Below are positions 12,101 to 26,284 of a stretch of 40,247 bases of DNA, one piece after another. Numbering within the stretch: position 1 is the first letter of the stretch; each line of letters opens with the position of its first letter. A program made the translations under genes and the position numbers. Location: contig NW_014039739.1 in the NCBI RefSeq assembly GCF_001186125.1, forward strand, positions 1-40,247, given 5' to 3'. The notes under the pieces are model-generated. The model saw nothing but the letters and a program-made list of their open reading frames with translations, had not been told where the DNA came from and did no database searches. Source of the stretch: Sphaeroforma arctica JP610. Taxonomy: Eukaryota.

Positions 12101-13798
12101 AGCACTGACACTGCAAATGCACACAGATTATGACAGACACTGAAGACGATAAAGCTCTTATCATTGCTACATTTGCCTGTTTTCTTCTCCTTACTCTACA
12201 CAGAGATGGACGAGCTAGACGTGTCTCTCAGCTACGTAGAGGCACTGGCACTGCAAGTACACACCACCCCCACCATGACCGACACCTTGGGCGCTACGGT
12301 AGTCAACACATTAGACATCGCCACAATCGGAGCTCAGCTCAATGCACGGTCGTGGTTGGTGGACTTTGTGGCTGAGCCACATCCACACCTGAGTGTGTCG
12401 GTATCACTGGCTATGATCCCGTCGTTAGAAGATTTCTTGGAGGACCTGCATTCAATTGTCAAGGTAAAGCACCAAGATCATGGTTGTAGTACCAAGATCA
12501 TGGTTGTTACACATGTTTCTGGGAGTACGTAATGGCGTCTGATAGCTACTTCACTTAGCTGTACACCGCTCAGCAAGTGACTGTATCAATGCTTCGTGCA
12601 ACGAGTCGTTTCTTGGGGCATTTCTTGTACAGTCTGAAGTTGATCATACGAATCGTGTTACTTGTGTTAAGGGCGTGCCAGTTTCTTTGTACTTTGCCGG
12701 GGAGGGCCCGAGCTTAACCGTCAGTGTAGACGGTGAAAACTTATATGTTTTGTGTTCTATTCATTTGTGTCTATCTTTCCCTGAGATAAATTTTCTATCC
12801 TACGCAAAGGTATAGAGTATTATAATATGTTTTTTGAAGTGTACGTAGATCAACCGTGCTCTCACAAAACACACTTATCACTACACATATGCCTAAGAGT
12901 TGTCTGTTGTAGCCATCGTACCTGAGTCAGATTTCATATTTATACCTACAGAAGCAAAAGATGTCTCGGAAGATCACAACTGGGAGGAAGCCTCTCACAG
13001 CGACCAGTCTAGGCAACGCTCTGCGATCAAAGCACTCCAAACGAAAGCCGTCGGTATCACAATCGACCGTCAATCCAAACACAGCAGCTTCGTACAACCC
13101 TACAGGTAAATTATTCAAGCACATATCGTCTTTTTGACGATTCTCTTGGCATATAAAAAGGATAGAAATATGTGCAATGTCACTATTTCGAACATTTACG
13201 CATTACAGTTCTACGTTGTCCTTGTGTATACGAATGCTCTTAATACAGCATATAAGTCACCCGTAGCAGGCGTGTGTGTGAGGAGTTATCGTTACAAGTG
13301 TGTACTATGTTTGATGTATGTATTCTGTATCATACCCACATTGCACATATTGTATACAGATATCTAAGTTTTGTCAGGTGTGAATTGTGTGGAAGTGAGA
13401 ACACTTAGTTCTGTCCTGTATATAAAGGTATGTACGGAATGTTGTATGTTTTACTCGTGAATATTTAATGAGCGTCGAGGACCAGTAACACATCTAGACT
13501 TATCAAAGTATCTACTTCGGCACCGCTACAATCTGTGCAGCTATTGGTATTTCAATCGTTCATCTCCCCAACCGTTTTGTTTCACCTACTTACAGTAATT
13601 TTACGCATACCTTTTGTCCTCCATGCATTCCATACAGGATCCATGCTCAACTACTTTTCTCAGATGGTCGGGTATGGCCAAACCGACAACACTGCAAAGG
13701 CGGGCATGGTGCATCCAGGCAAAGATCACTTACAAGGGAATGATTTTGTGGCGAGAAGGCTCAGGAATGTACTGAAAGGGCCACATGGGTCTACGTGA
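6156..13798 (+). CDS. Divergent sphingosine-1-phosphate lyase (SGPL1/Dpl1)-like, group II PLP-decarboxylase-fold protein lacking the PLP lysine (~774 aa)
   Basis: Exons 6156-6263, 7328-7415, 7702-7756, 7979-8211, 8271-8515, 9037-9311, 9971-10217, 10637-11012, 11281-11403, 12204-12463, 12952-13105 and 13638-13798 are phase-compatible with no internal stop; the first three exons are less certain. Colinear S1P-lyase-like segments: LPIKGMSKEEI; PSVLRMESDVVSMLARAF..GYVTS; CHRSWEHVIESLG; IPVHVD; FGVDGVTSLS..VVYRDK; SIASAWATMMNFGLEGY; LNARSW..HLSVSVSL..EDFLEDL. Confidence 0.78.
11758..12290 (+). repeat. About four degenerate tandem copies (~140-155 bp spacing) of the intron 3' end plus the start of exon 12204-12463
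   Basis: Copies begin near 11761 (ATGTACGAGCTAGAC..ACCACACTCACCAGGACTGACA), 11911 (ATGGAGTATCTCAATATGTCTCTCGGCTTCTTAGAAGGACTG), 12065 (ATGGATAAGCTAAATGATTTTCTCAGCTACGTAGAAGCACTGACACTGCAA) and 12206 (ATGGACGAGCTAGACGTGTCTCTCAGCTACGTAGAGGCACTGGCACTGCAA; the copy that keeps the gene in frame). Confidence 0.8.
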
Positions 13799-14735
13799 CA
13801 CTTTTTAGATCCTTCCTTAGTGAACATATTAAATAAAACCCTGCAAACTATGCCTTGGTATCTGCAGGTTAGCTCAGAAGGGTTGTTTTATCTTCTAGAG
13901 ATATCACAGTTCTCATGCGACTTCACATGTCTTGATAACGTTTGCCTTGATGATAAACATAAAGTATTATGGTGACCACACATTGGCTTCGAAAATGTGC
14001 TTCAGCTTCTGAGTTGTACCTCAGTTCTTCAGGACACGTGATGTACAACGAAGCGCAGTATTCAACTTTCAATACGACACAAAGTCTAGGCTCTTTTGCT
14101 GACTTGTACATGTAGCAAATGAAACACTAACGTTTGTGCTTAATATTTAACTGTGACTGTAAATCCCAGACAACAAATGAGTACACCAAACATTATGTTA
14201 TGGCCCGTTCATACCGCAATGAACACAGTGAGAGAAATCAATCCCCTAAATGTTATCTAGAAAAAAGTTTGAGCTACGTCTATATCACACACTATCACGC
14301 GTACACTACTGGAAACCTAACTTGTACAATAAAAATCGTAGATTTCAGATAAGTATCGCTGAATTTCCAATGTCAGTTCAGCAAGGAACCCAAACTTTGA
14401 GAACGATAACTGGCTTGAGCAACGACAAATATCTTTCAAGCACAACAAACAATCTATGTGTATTTCAAGCCTGCCTATACGATTGAAGACTCAAGTGTTG
14501 ATAACTCCAGTGTTGATACGTCTATACCACTTGGTGGTCTGTCTTTGAGAGTTGACTGGCCATCATCATGCCAGTTAGTTTTATTTTGGCTGCGGATCAT
14601 GCACACAAATCTCACTCGACAAACACACAGTGTCTGCTAGCTGTTACAACTCCTACAAAACCGCAAATACAATACCTTCCCAGACTACTTCGCCCAGAAA
14701 CCGATACATATATTCTTGAATATTTGACGTGACTC

Positions 14736-15984
14736 TTAACCCTGCATGACGTTGCGGACAAATTCCTCGTAATTGATAGCACCGTTGCTATCTGTCTCTA
14801 CACCAACCAGAAGTTGATCCACCTGCTTCGAAGTTAGCTTCTCGCCTAGAGAAGTGAGTACGTGTCTAAGCTCAACAGCGCTCATGAAGCCGTTGGCTTC
14901 CTTATCGAAGACGCGGAGTCCATCCGTGAACTCTTCTACTGATCCGGGGCAGTCGATGGTGGATCGCTCAAGAATCGGGGCGAATTTAGAGAAAGTGATG
15001 CGGGCTTCGCCACTTGGGTCCAACTCTGTTTGGATCTTTGCGACCTGTGTATAGAAGTGAGAAATATAAAAATAGTCAGTTAACGTGGTGTATTTTAGAA
15101 CGGATACCTCAGAATCTAGTACAGATTACCTAATTACATTAGGTAGAATATACACAGTGAGAGGAAAGGTACTTTTAATTAAATTTAACTATAGGCAAAC
15201 ATAAGAATTGATATTGAAGTTTACCATGCCATGTCGTGAAATTTATACTCCATATGCATCCTTATACAACACGGTACTATATAGTGGCGCACTTGCCAAA
15301 ATGTGCAGACTGGTCTATATATTGACTTCAATAGAATATGCTAATAACTAAACAGACTAAGTTTACGTCTTAGAACACGATACTGAAAGATAACACCTGC
15401 ATTCTTGAGTAGCACACAAAGTCTCACAGTATTCCCGCACACGGTGGTCATCTAAGGAAACACTCCATGTATAAGTCCTTTTGCTACCATACTTCTAATT
15501 TTGTGAAATCATATGGATTATCACACTCACCTCAGTCTCAAGCGGGTTTTTGTTCATGGCGCGCAGAATGATTCCGATATCTTCGGAGGAAACACATTCG
15601 TCACCCTGTTTGTCGAAGATCAGGAACACCTCGCGGGCGGTATCGAGCTCAGAATCACTTAGAACCTGCAACAAAGTGTCAATATATTTGTCAGTACAGA
15701 TATGATTCGGATAGTTTAGCATGCAAGTATAGTTGTTTGTAGACAGCTATAGATGTTGCTATATTTTCCTAGAGAAACCTGTTCGTCTGGCAGGCATTGT
15801 ACGCCTCACACATGTTTATATAATATATATAAACTTTCGCAGATATATACGTACCCCAGATCATATACCCTCGATCGGATATGCCATCAAACAGTTATCA
15901 TTATGTCTCTAGTTACTTAACTACTAAAATCGCACGCCCATATATCGCTGCAAGACTTGTCCAACGCGGATTCAGACTTACCAT
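14736..15984 (-). CDS. Myosin essential light chain (MYL6/Mlc-c/Cdc4-like EF-hand protein, 148 aa)
   Basis: Exons 15984-15982 (ATG only, followed by GTAAGT), 15665-15531 and 15044-14736. Protein: REVFLIFDKQGDECV..ILRAMNKNPLETEV..EEFTDGLRVFDKEANGFMSAVELRHVLTSLGEKLT..GAINYEEFVRNVMQG. Confidence 0.93.
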
Positions 15985-16239
15985 TATGTATTAATTTATG
16001 AATTCGACAAACGATGCTGGGATGAAATGACAGATATCTGCCAAAATTGCAAGAAGTACTCAACTTATATTATATTTAGCAACTATTACACCACCATAAA
16101 AACTACAACGGGGTATCCAATACCCTGCCCTCCTGTCCGAACTATACAAAAAACTACTACTGGAGCGAGAGACAGTAGGAGAGTATTTACTCGTATTTAG
16201 TTGCGACGAATATAAATATTTTCAAATTTCACACTTCGG

Positions 16240-16400
16240 TCTTCGATCAATCAAAGATTTTGGCCACGGCGATTCAATCGACCAGTCAAAGCTTAGTGCT
16301 CTTATCGGTCAGGATCAGTTATTTCTTTGACCAATCAAATAATAGAAAATGTGGCTTACATCTCTGGAATTTGTACGCTTTATATATTGTATTGGTACGG
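16240..16400. promoter_or_regulatory. Cluster of CCAAT-like boxes in the divergent intergenic region between the myosin light chain and ankyrin genes
   Basis: TCAATCAAAG (~16247), GACCAGTCAAAG (~16280), GACCAATCAAA (~16330) and ATTGG (16391). Confidence 0.4.
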
Positions 16401-17078
16401 TTTGAATATGCAGTGTAGTACTGAGCGCCCGGTACGGTTTCAAATTTGTACGTTTTCCATCCAGATCGGTGTTGATACTTTAGGTGTAATATGCGACCTT
16501 TTATGATGGCAAGTGATGTTGAATTTTTGAAGCATACGACAAAAAACCATGTTCTCTACACGTAGTTTATTATACAAATAACAGCAAATAAGTCTTTTTG
16601 AATAAACAACAGGTAAATAAACAACGAAATATAATAAGGTATACGACACTCATAAAACGATGACATGTTTTTGAAAAGTGATGACTCAACAGTCAGAGAG
16701 GTTAATCGTAGTTTTTAGGGTTTACATATTTCTTGCAATAGTCGCGCTACCTTAGCCTCCAGCCTTATTTATGCCTCATAATATTGCATTGATTGCGGGA
16801 ACTAGAGTGGGCGTGCACGCGACGTTTGCAACAGTACCACCAACTATGTATTAAATCATATGTACGTGTCGACTTTCAAATCAGGGTCTACATTTAGAGG
16901 TTGAGATTTGATTCTATGCTGTATAACTGACTTTAAATACGTGCCTCGTCTAATTTTGATAGAATTTGCACTTGTGTAGCACCGTGCACTTGTTAAGGAA
17001 AAAGGTTTCGGCACACCGTATGTAACATTGACTAACATCGATACCGCTATTGCAAAGAGTATTACTACAGCCTTCGTA

Positions 17079-19130
<2,052 letters not shown>

Positions 19131-19558
19131 GTGTACAGACCATGCCAGACCTTGTATGTGCGTACGGTACAAAGTCGTTACTTTAGTAATTATCAGGCAC
19201 GTTCGCCGTTAGAGGCGTTGTACTGTCCACAGCACCGTATCTCAGTGTTGATCGTATAGTAGTGCTGATTAATAAAGCAGTCTTGGTGGCACGCACATGA
19301 GTGGCGGAGTCTTTGACGGCCACACCTACCGCTGGAGTGTCTTCAATGGTGCTTTTTCTATTGCATGTGGTTCCGTGATGATGTATTCCTTTATCAAGAT
19401 TGGACAAGAAGCTTCTGGAATTGGACATTTCTATAGATCAATATATTAAAGATTTGATATGGATCATCGAAAAAAGGATCAAGTGTATACGGGGTTGGTT
19501 CCTCTACTCGATCTGAGACCACATGTGCTTGACGCTTAATAATTTACATGATTTATTA

Positions 19559-22500
19559 TCAACTTTCTGCGGCCTCCTCAACTACAGATGGAACAGAAAC
19601 CCCTTTGACTGCGTTTGTTCTAGCTTCCGGGTTGGTATCAATTCTTAAGCGCTCATGTGGGATATTAAGTGCTTCTATAGCAACCACGCATGCGGCATGT
19701 TCTGCATCCTTTTTGTTTGAGCTGAAGCGCAGCGATGTGTACTTTTTACCTGTCCATGCAAGGGGAATATAGGAAATAAGCCAAAGCACACAATTGAAAA
19801 ATAGATTGAGAAGATATGGTATTCCTTATAGTGTCTGGATAATAAACCACGCCGTAACACAATATCACACAAATGCATATGAATATCGAGAACACAACAG
19901 ATTTCATGTTGTGCATTATTTCTTCCTTGCTTGCTGATATATACACGAGAATAAAGAAGCTGTTGCACGCGTGAAGCAGTAGGGTAGCAATGTTTTTGGA
20001 AACGGTCGAACTCGTTAGATGCGAAGAACAACATACCATCCACGGTTACAACCGACTGGAAGCCACGCTTTCCCTCTTGCTCTACGTGTGTTACAGCAAT
20101 AGGCGCAAGCTGATTCTTTCGCAGCCATTCAGTCACCACCTGGAGTTGAATAAGTTTGGTAGTTGCACATTAGAACCATACGCCTGAGGTTGGCGGCGAC
20201 GATAGTTACTCATATATAAGAACAAGATACGACCGTAGAAGCCATTTATAAATTTGCGCTAACATTTATACGAGTAATGGCTGAAAAAGCATACGCCTAA
20301 TTTTGTGTAAGGGTTCGTCATCAGCTCAAAAACAGTACATTCATACAATACAGTGTATACATTATATAGTGCTTCATCCATCCGTTTAGCCCTCGTTCAG
20401 TCTGTGGTGTCTCCGTATTCTAGTATCATAACGCGGAGTGTAGCACTTTGCAACCCCACAGATGTATATATACGCAAATACCCTAAAGCCTCAACCCTAA
20501 ACCCTAAATCGTTCGTCATTTGAAAAACCACATACCAATTTCGGACGGAGATTCTTAGCCCACTCCTTCCGCACATAGGAATCTTCGCTTGCGATGATGC
20601 CCTCCTTAAGTTTCTTGGCCTTGTGTTCCTGTACATCCTCGGCACTCAATGCCAAGGGCCGTTTCCTGCCTATCTTGGCCAGTTTGTGTGCAGGGATGGA
20701 TTTGTAGACAGCTTCGCAGCCAAGCACGGTACAGATCTCCTGGTAGCCTCGTGCGGCCGACACACCTCTGGCTCTATATATAGGAATTGAATCCAACAGA
20801 GGCTTAGTGAGATACTCGAACAAAATAAATACCACCCAGAGTATCTATGTGTGCATTGTCGGTGCTCGGTAAGACCTCCATGATGTGGAAGTGTCGTCCT
20901 TCATTCAATGATAAATGGATCCGCACAGGGCCTAGTGTACAGCTCTCTACCCAACAATACCTGTGAGTCCTTTAATTGTACCAAAACTGAACGATAGATC
21001 CATCCTACAAGCAAAGTTGCTATGAACAACAACATACACATTTTATAATACTACGCATGCAATATGATAATGTTTTTCTGGGATGAATGAATTCACGGAT
21101 ATCATCCTTTGCGGGTGATATATATACTGAATGAAAACAGTTCAAATTGCATCATTACCTCTTTGGATCTTTGTCAAAGTGGAGTAGATTCATCACATTC
21201 CACTTGGCATTCTCAAACACATGTCCGTGTTCCATCGCGATCTTTAGATACTGCTCCGATAGTTCCCGTTTGCAAACGTGTTTTACCTGTGATTTGAATT
21301 AACGAACGTGCACGGATTTAGATTGAAATCGAATGGTTCGATAGCTTACACATTATGTCCTTATACACATCAAATCTTGAATATAGGAGCGCAGGCAGTG
21401 TGTATGATTCTCCCTGCGAGGCAGCTCGGTGTGTGCGAACGTAAATAACTGATTAAACACAAACCAGAGTAGTGCTTGGCCTGGTTGAAAGCTTACCAAT
21501 GTTTGGTGTATAGTACCTTGTGTGATTCCTGTGTAGATGATGCGCACGCCAGAGCGGAATCTAATTAGGACTATCAAAGGAGCTTACAGCGAGATCAAAT
21601 TCTGAACACATAATGCTCATCACTAGCACAACGGTGTACAGTGAATGGTTAACAACCCCACTAGCACAACGGTGTGCAGTGAATGGTCAACAAAGTATTT
21701 GTTCGCAAATTATGATCGGTCAGCACCTTACGAACTTATTTATATAACGGCCACTATTTATATAACATTAGTGTCTATGCGCAGTACTCCATTCAACGCA
21801 TACTTAGATACAAACGCACATATATAGACTTAGATATAAACGCATATATATAGACTTAGATATAAACTCATATATATAGACTTAGATAAAAACGCACATA
21901 TATAGACTTAGATAAAAACGCACATATATAGACTTAGATATAAACGCACATATATAGAGCCAAGTAAACGTACGCCTACCTGCCCATCCTTGAAAAGCGC
22001 CGGGTTCCATTGGGCGGCGCGTGCCATCATGATCGAATCACAGCCACTCGCCTCACGGAAGTCAACTAAATGCGGACTGTTGTGGACATAATCGAGAGAC
22101 CCGCCGTTGGCTATGATGGGAAAGTCACTGTCAATAGCGGCACGTACCGCTTTTATATGTTCGTAATTTGCCTGAGGGGTATGTTCGGTGCAAGATAGTT
22201 TTTCCTTTTAGTATGCTTTCAGGCGTATCCTACTGGAAACCGTTTAAAATATCATTGCCGTCACAGTGGTGAACGAACTCGACTTAAAGGGTGTATAGAA
22301 GTATATAGCTATGTAATAAAAAAATAATTCAGTAGACATTTTCTCGTCCCGGGACTGTAGAAGAGATGGTGGCGGAGCTCAGTTTACAGCAAAATTATAA
22401 GCATTCCGAATAAGTTGCGAAAGCAAAACAACATAAACAACTGGAGAATAGTACACGGCACGAAAGTGCGATAGACATTACATATTGCTAATGATGTGTA

Positions 22501-25500
22501 ACACCATCACCCAGTAAGGAAAAACGAGCACGTTATGGTTCGAATGAATACGAGACGATTTCCTTTCTTACATGTATGTACACATGAATGAATTGATATA
22601 TAACTTTAAAGACATAAGCGCTTGTAGTCATATACACACATATATATATATATATATATATACATATATTCATATATATATATATAAATATAGATGTATA
22701 CATATATACCATTTGAATATATAATTATCGAACTAAGTGTAAAACTACCATCCGAAAAGTACAATAATTCTTATGCTCGTAATGCCAATCCAAGACAGAT
22801 GATGAACAGTCTGAGTGGTTTACGCTATCTAATCTGCACTCTAAATACACACCCCTGAATGTATGATCCGGTATGTACACAGATTAATAGATCGGTAGAA
22901 GTGAGGATGTATGCATATATCTATACATAGCATAGTACTAGTCGCTCATACAAGAAAGAGTCATACCTGTTCACGCGGTCGTTGCGGTATTCTGCGTCCG
23001 TGGATGCCCACGGCTGCAACGCCTGTGGCCTCGATGACCTTCACGAGTTCCACCGTCTGCTCAACTGTGTCCAGGATACGGATCTTGCAGGTCACGGGCA
23101 CACTCACCGCGGCAACAAGACTGTTCAGATAGAGATATGCATATGACTGAATTCATTGTATGTGATGGTGTTGTAAAGCGGTTCATATACTAAAACGTTG
23201 AGTAGTTCAATGGGTGACTGCATAGCATTATAACCGGTGACGTTCGAAGGATGAGCTTACGAGCGGTTTACTGTGCGCATTGATTTCCCAAGTGCGGCGA
23301 TAAAAGTATCACTTGACAAGTGAGTGGCTCCGGAAAACTAGCAATAAGTTCAACAGTCTCTTCCTTCACTCATGTGGTGGCATGTATATGATGGAACATC
23401 GTGCTAAGTTTTCTCCGGCAATAACTCGGTACGAGATGACTTACGGTGCGAGCAATGTTGCCTGAGATCATATCACACTAGATCATTACCACCCATATAC
23501 ATGTGCTACACTAATACTACAGCTAAGTACATTTCACACATAGCTGTCCACACACCTGGTGAGCAGCTCTTTGATTGTGTCTGGCTTAGAGAGAAGCGCA
23601 GCGCCCATGCCGCCCAGCACAGAGTAGGGTTTGGGGCAGCCCATATTCACATCCACACCCGCAATGTCATTCTGCATCATGATGGCTACTTTGACCTGGT
23701 TTTGACGGGTTGGTGTGGCAGAAATACAAATAATATGTATATGTTAATATGCTTTATTAATTGTCTGTGTGTACATGTCGCTGTGTATGTGTGTTGAGAC
23801 AAGTCAGTGGGCACCACGATGTAGTGTGGAATACGCAGTTGCATGCAAGAGAGCCTTACATGCCCCCTTTTTGGGTATGGAAGTAACATGTGTGTATATA
23901 ATTGTGAGTGTGTATATGCGACAATGTATTCCGTAATATAGACTGCCAGGTCATCGTTCGACCTCAAGGCTGGGAGACTTTGTGGTAGGAGGTGTTTGGA
24001 GACACGCACTAATTCTCAGCATGCCCCACACCAGACTTGCGGATCAAGAAGCACCTACCAGTGCAGAACACACTGATTGGCTGTAAGAACTGGAGAGCTG
24101 TATGTATATACCGTCTGTGTATGTACCATGCGGCCAGTATGTTTAAAACAGCTACTCGGAAGTGCACACATCCAGACTTCACACCGCTACATCACAGACA
24201 GCAACAAAGCGCTTGCTGGGGAACGCCCCACTGCCAGCTAAGGTTCCGACACGACGTCCCACTAAAACATTCATTGGCATGCTCACTCCGAACAAACTTC
24301 TTCGTGCATTCATATTAGAACATACTCACAGAAGAAGAGAAAGACTCCCTTCCCACCCCCCTCCAGTCCCCTTGCATTATGCATCGCTACAATCCGGTCG
24401 CAACACCTCACGCACAGACCATGTTGGTCGTACAATAGCCATGGGCCTTAGGTACAGGCAAACAGAAGACCACACGCAGCCAAGAGCTTAAGCATCGACA
24501 ACGTACGCCCAGTTGCCACCTACATCACACGGTTTACTGGAAGCCCAGGTGTATACATGGCACGTGTAGCCTCGGTATAAACATGGTACGTGTAGCCTAG
24601 GTATATACATGGTACGTGTAGCCTCGGTATATACATGGTACGTGTAGCCTCGGTATATACATGGTACGTGTAGCCTAGGTATATACATGGTACATGTAGC
24701 CTCGGTATATACATGGTACGTGTAGTCTAGGTATAAACATGGTACGTGTAGCCTAGGTATATACATGGTACGTGTAGCCTAGGTATATAGTACGTGTAGC
24801 CTAGGTATATACATGGTACGTGTAGCCTAGGTATCTACATGGTACGTGTAGCCTCGGTATATACATGGTACGTGTAGCCTAGGTATATACATGGTACGTG
24901 TAGCCTAGATATATACATGGTACGTGTAGCCTAGGTATATACATGGTACGTGTAGCCTCGGTATATACATGGTACGTGTAGCCTAGGTATATACATGGTA
25001 CGTGCAGCCTCGGTGTATGTATGGTACATGTAGCCTAGGTATATACATGGTACGTGTAGCCTAGGTATATACATGGTACGTGTGCTCAGAATCTCCCACT
25101 GTGCTATGCCACTAAGCGCGAGGCAATAATATCATCGCTTTCAAAGGCACAACAAAATAGTCTCTCTCTCTCTCTCTCACACACACACACTCACTCACAC
25201 ACACCCACACACCAAAAGAGTGCTAAACTAGCTCAAACAATCCTTACACCCATACGCATGCATGCACGTACCGCTCGGTCAGCGTTGGCTGTGCCCAGCT
25301 GCAGGATCACAGCCTTCTTCTCCTCCGCACACGTGCTGAAGATAACACTGTCTGTGCCCGGCATGACATACTCCACGGTGTCAAATTCGGCATTCACCTT
25401 GCGCGTGCACAGAACCAGGCTGTGGTCAATGAGCTCTTCCGAGTACACGAGATGGGCACCTTGGCGCAGACACAGCAGGCGCAACGGGAGTGTCCCGGCT

Positions 25501-26284
25501 CTGCAGGTGCGTGTGAAGTGAAGGGTTGACTATGCTGCCCAGTGCTATCGTGTGTTGTGAGGAGTGTACACAGGTGTGTGGCTGTACTGTAGTACTGTAT
25601 AGGGTACTGTGATACTGCATAGGGTACTGTGGTACTGTATAGGGCCCAAATAGGTTCAGTGCAAGGTTGTTCAGGGCCACAGAGTGGCGTATGCACAGGT
25701 ATGTGAGAAGGTCGATCGTTCCAGCAGACTGTTATAAAGAACATCTGTGGGGTTTAGAGTAATGGCGGGGAGCAGACATATCTGTCTTGTTTACATCACG
25801 GACCAGTACAAAACCTACAGATACAGGTAGGACGAGTTTTGTAGATCACATGTACATGGCACACCCCTAACATATACAATCAGAGGAAGCTTATATTACA
25901 TCTATCTAAGGTGGCATCAAATTAGTACATTGACAGAGGCAGATGCAGTTATACAATGCAGAACGAAAAGAACACAAGCAGCATCAGGCGCCAATGCAAC
26001 ACACGTCAATACTCCTAAGACCCATCTGTCATACTCTCAAAATCAAGTACTCACCTCACCATTGGCGCCAAACAGTTCACATTGCGGTACATATGGCGGA
26101 ACTTGCGTTGCAAAGCTATCCCAGGCACCATCTTAGTCACACAGCTATTGGTACCTGCTTTCGTGTCGTTTGTATCTTCGATGTTGTGCGTGTGTGCGAG
26201 CTTCGTGTCGGTTGAGGTGTTATCTGTTGACGCCGCATCAACTACGCCTTCTGGCTGGGTCGACTCGGGAGTGGAAGTGGCCAT
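19559..26284 (-). CDS. DUS2: tRNA-dihydrouridine(20) synthase 2 with C-terminal double-stranded RNA-binding domain (~534 aa)
   Basis: Exons 26284-26055, 25500-25272, 23695-23556, 23120-22967, 22171-21980, 21286-21159, 20773-20536, 20139-20037 and 19749-19559 join in frame. Motifs: LAPMVRAGTLPLRLL..YSEELID, ILQLGT, GVDVNMGCPKPYSVLGGMGAALL (catalytic Cys present), PVTCKIR, IHGR, IIANGGS, MMARAAQWNP. dsRBD: PKLVVTEWLRKN..FQSVVTVDGKKYTS..SNKKDAEHAACVVAIEAL. Confidence 0.95.
21621..21693. repeat. Two-copy 38-bp tandem repeat (DUS2 intron)
   Basis: CACTAGCACAACGGTGT(A/G)CAGTGAATGGT(T/C)AACAA occurs twice. Confidence 0.9.
21802..21957. repeat. Minisatellite, 6 x 26 bp (DUS2 intron)
   Basis: ACTTAGATATAAACGCACATATATAG units start at 21802, 21828, 21854, 21880, 21906 and 21932. 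Confidence 0.95.
24548..25083. repeat. Minisatellite, ~20 x 26 bp (DUS2 intron 2)
   Basis: Head-to-tail GGTATATACATGGTACGTGTAGCCT(A/C) units with no spacers; one shortened unit near 24781. Confidence 0.97.

Noticed and set aside
20820..20960. Candidate extra DUS2 exon after CTCACAG near 20960 (also one near 21480)
   Set aside because: Not needed: exon 21286-21159 joins 20773 in the correct phase and supplies the expected helical-domain sequence.
24548..25083. CRISPR-like regular repeat (also 21802-21957, 27711-28070, 33109-33328)
   Set aside because: Units are contiguous with no unique spacers, there are no cas genes, and the context is eukaryotic and largely intronic; these are minisatellites.
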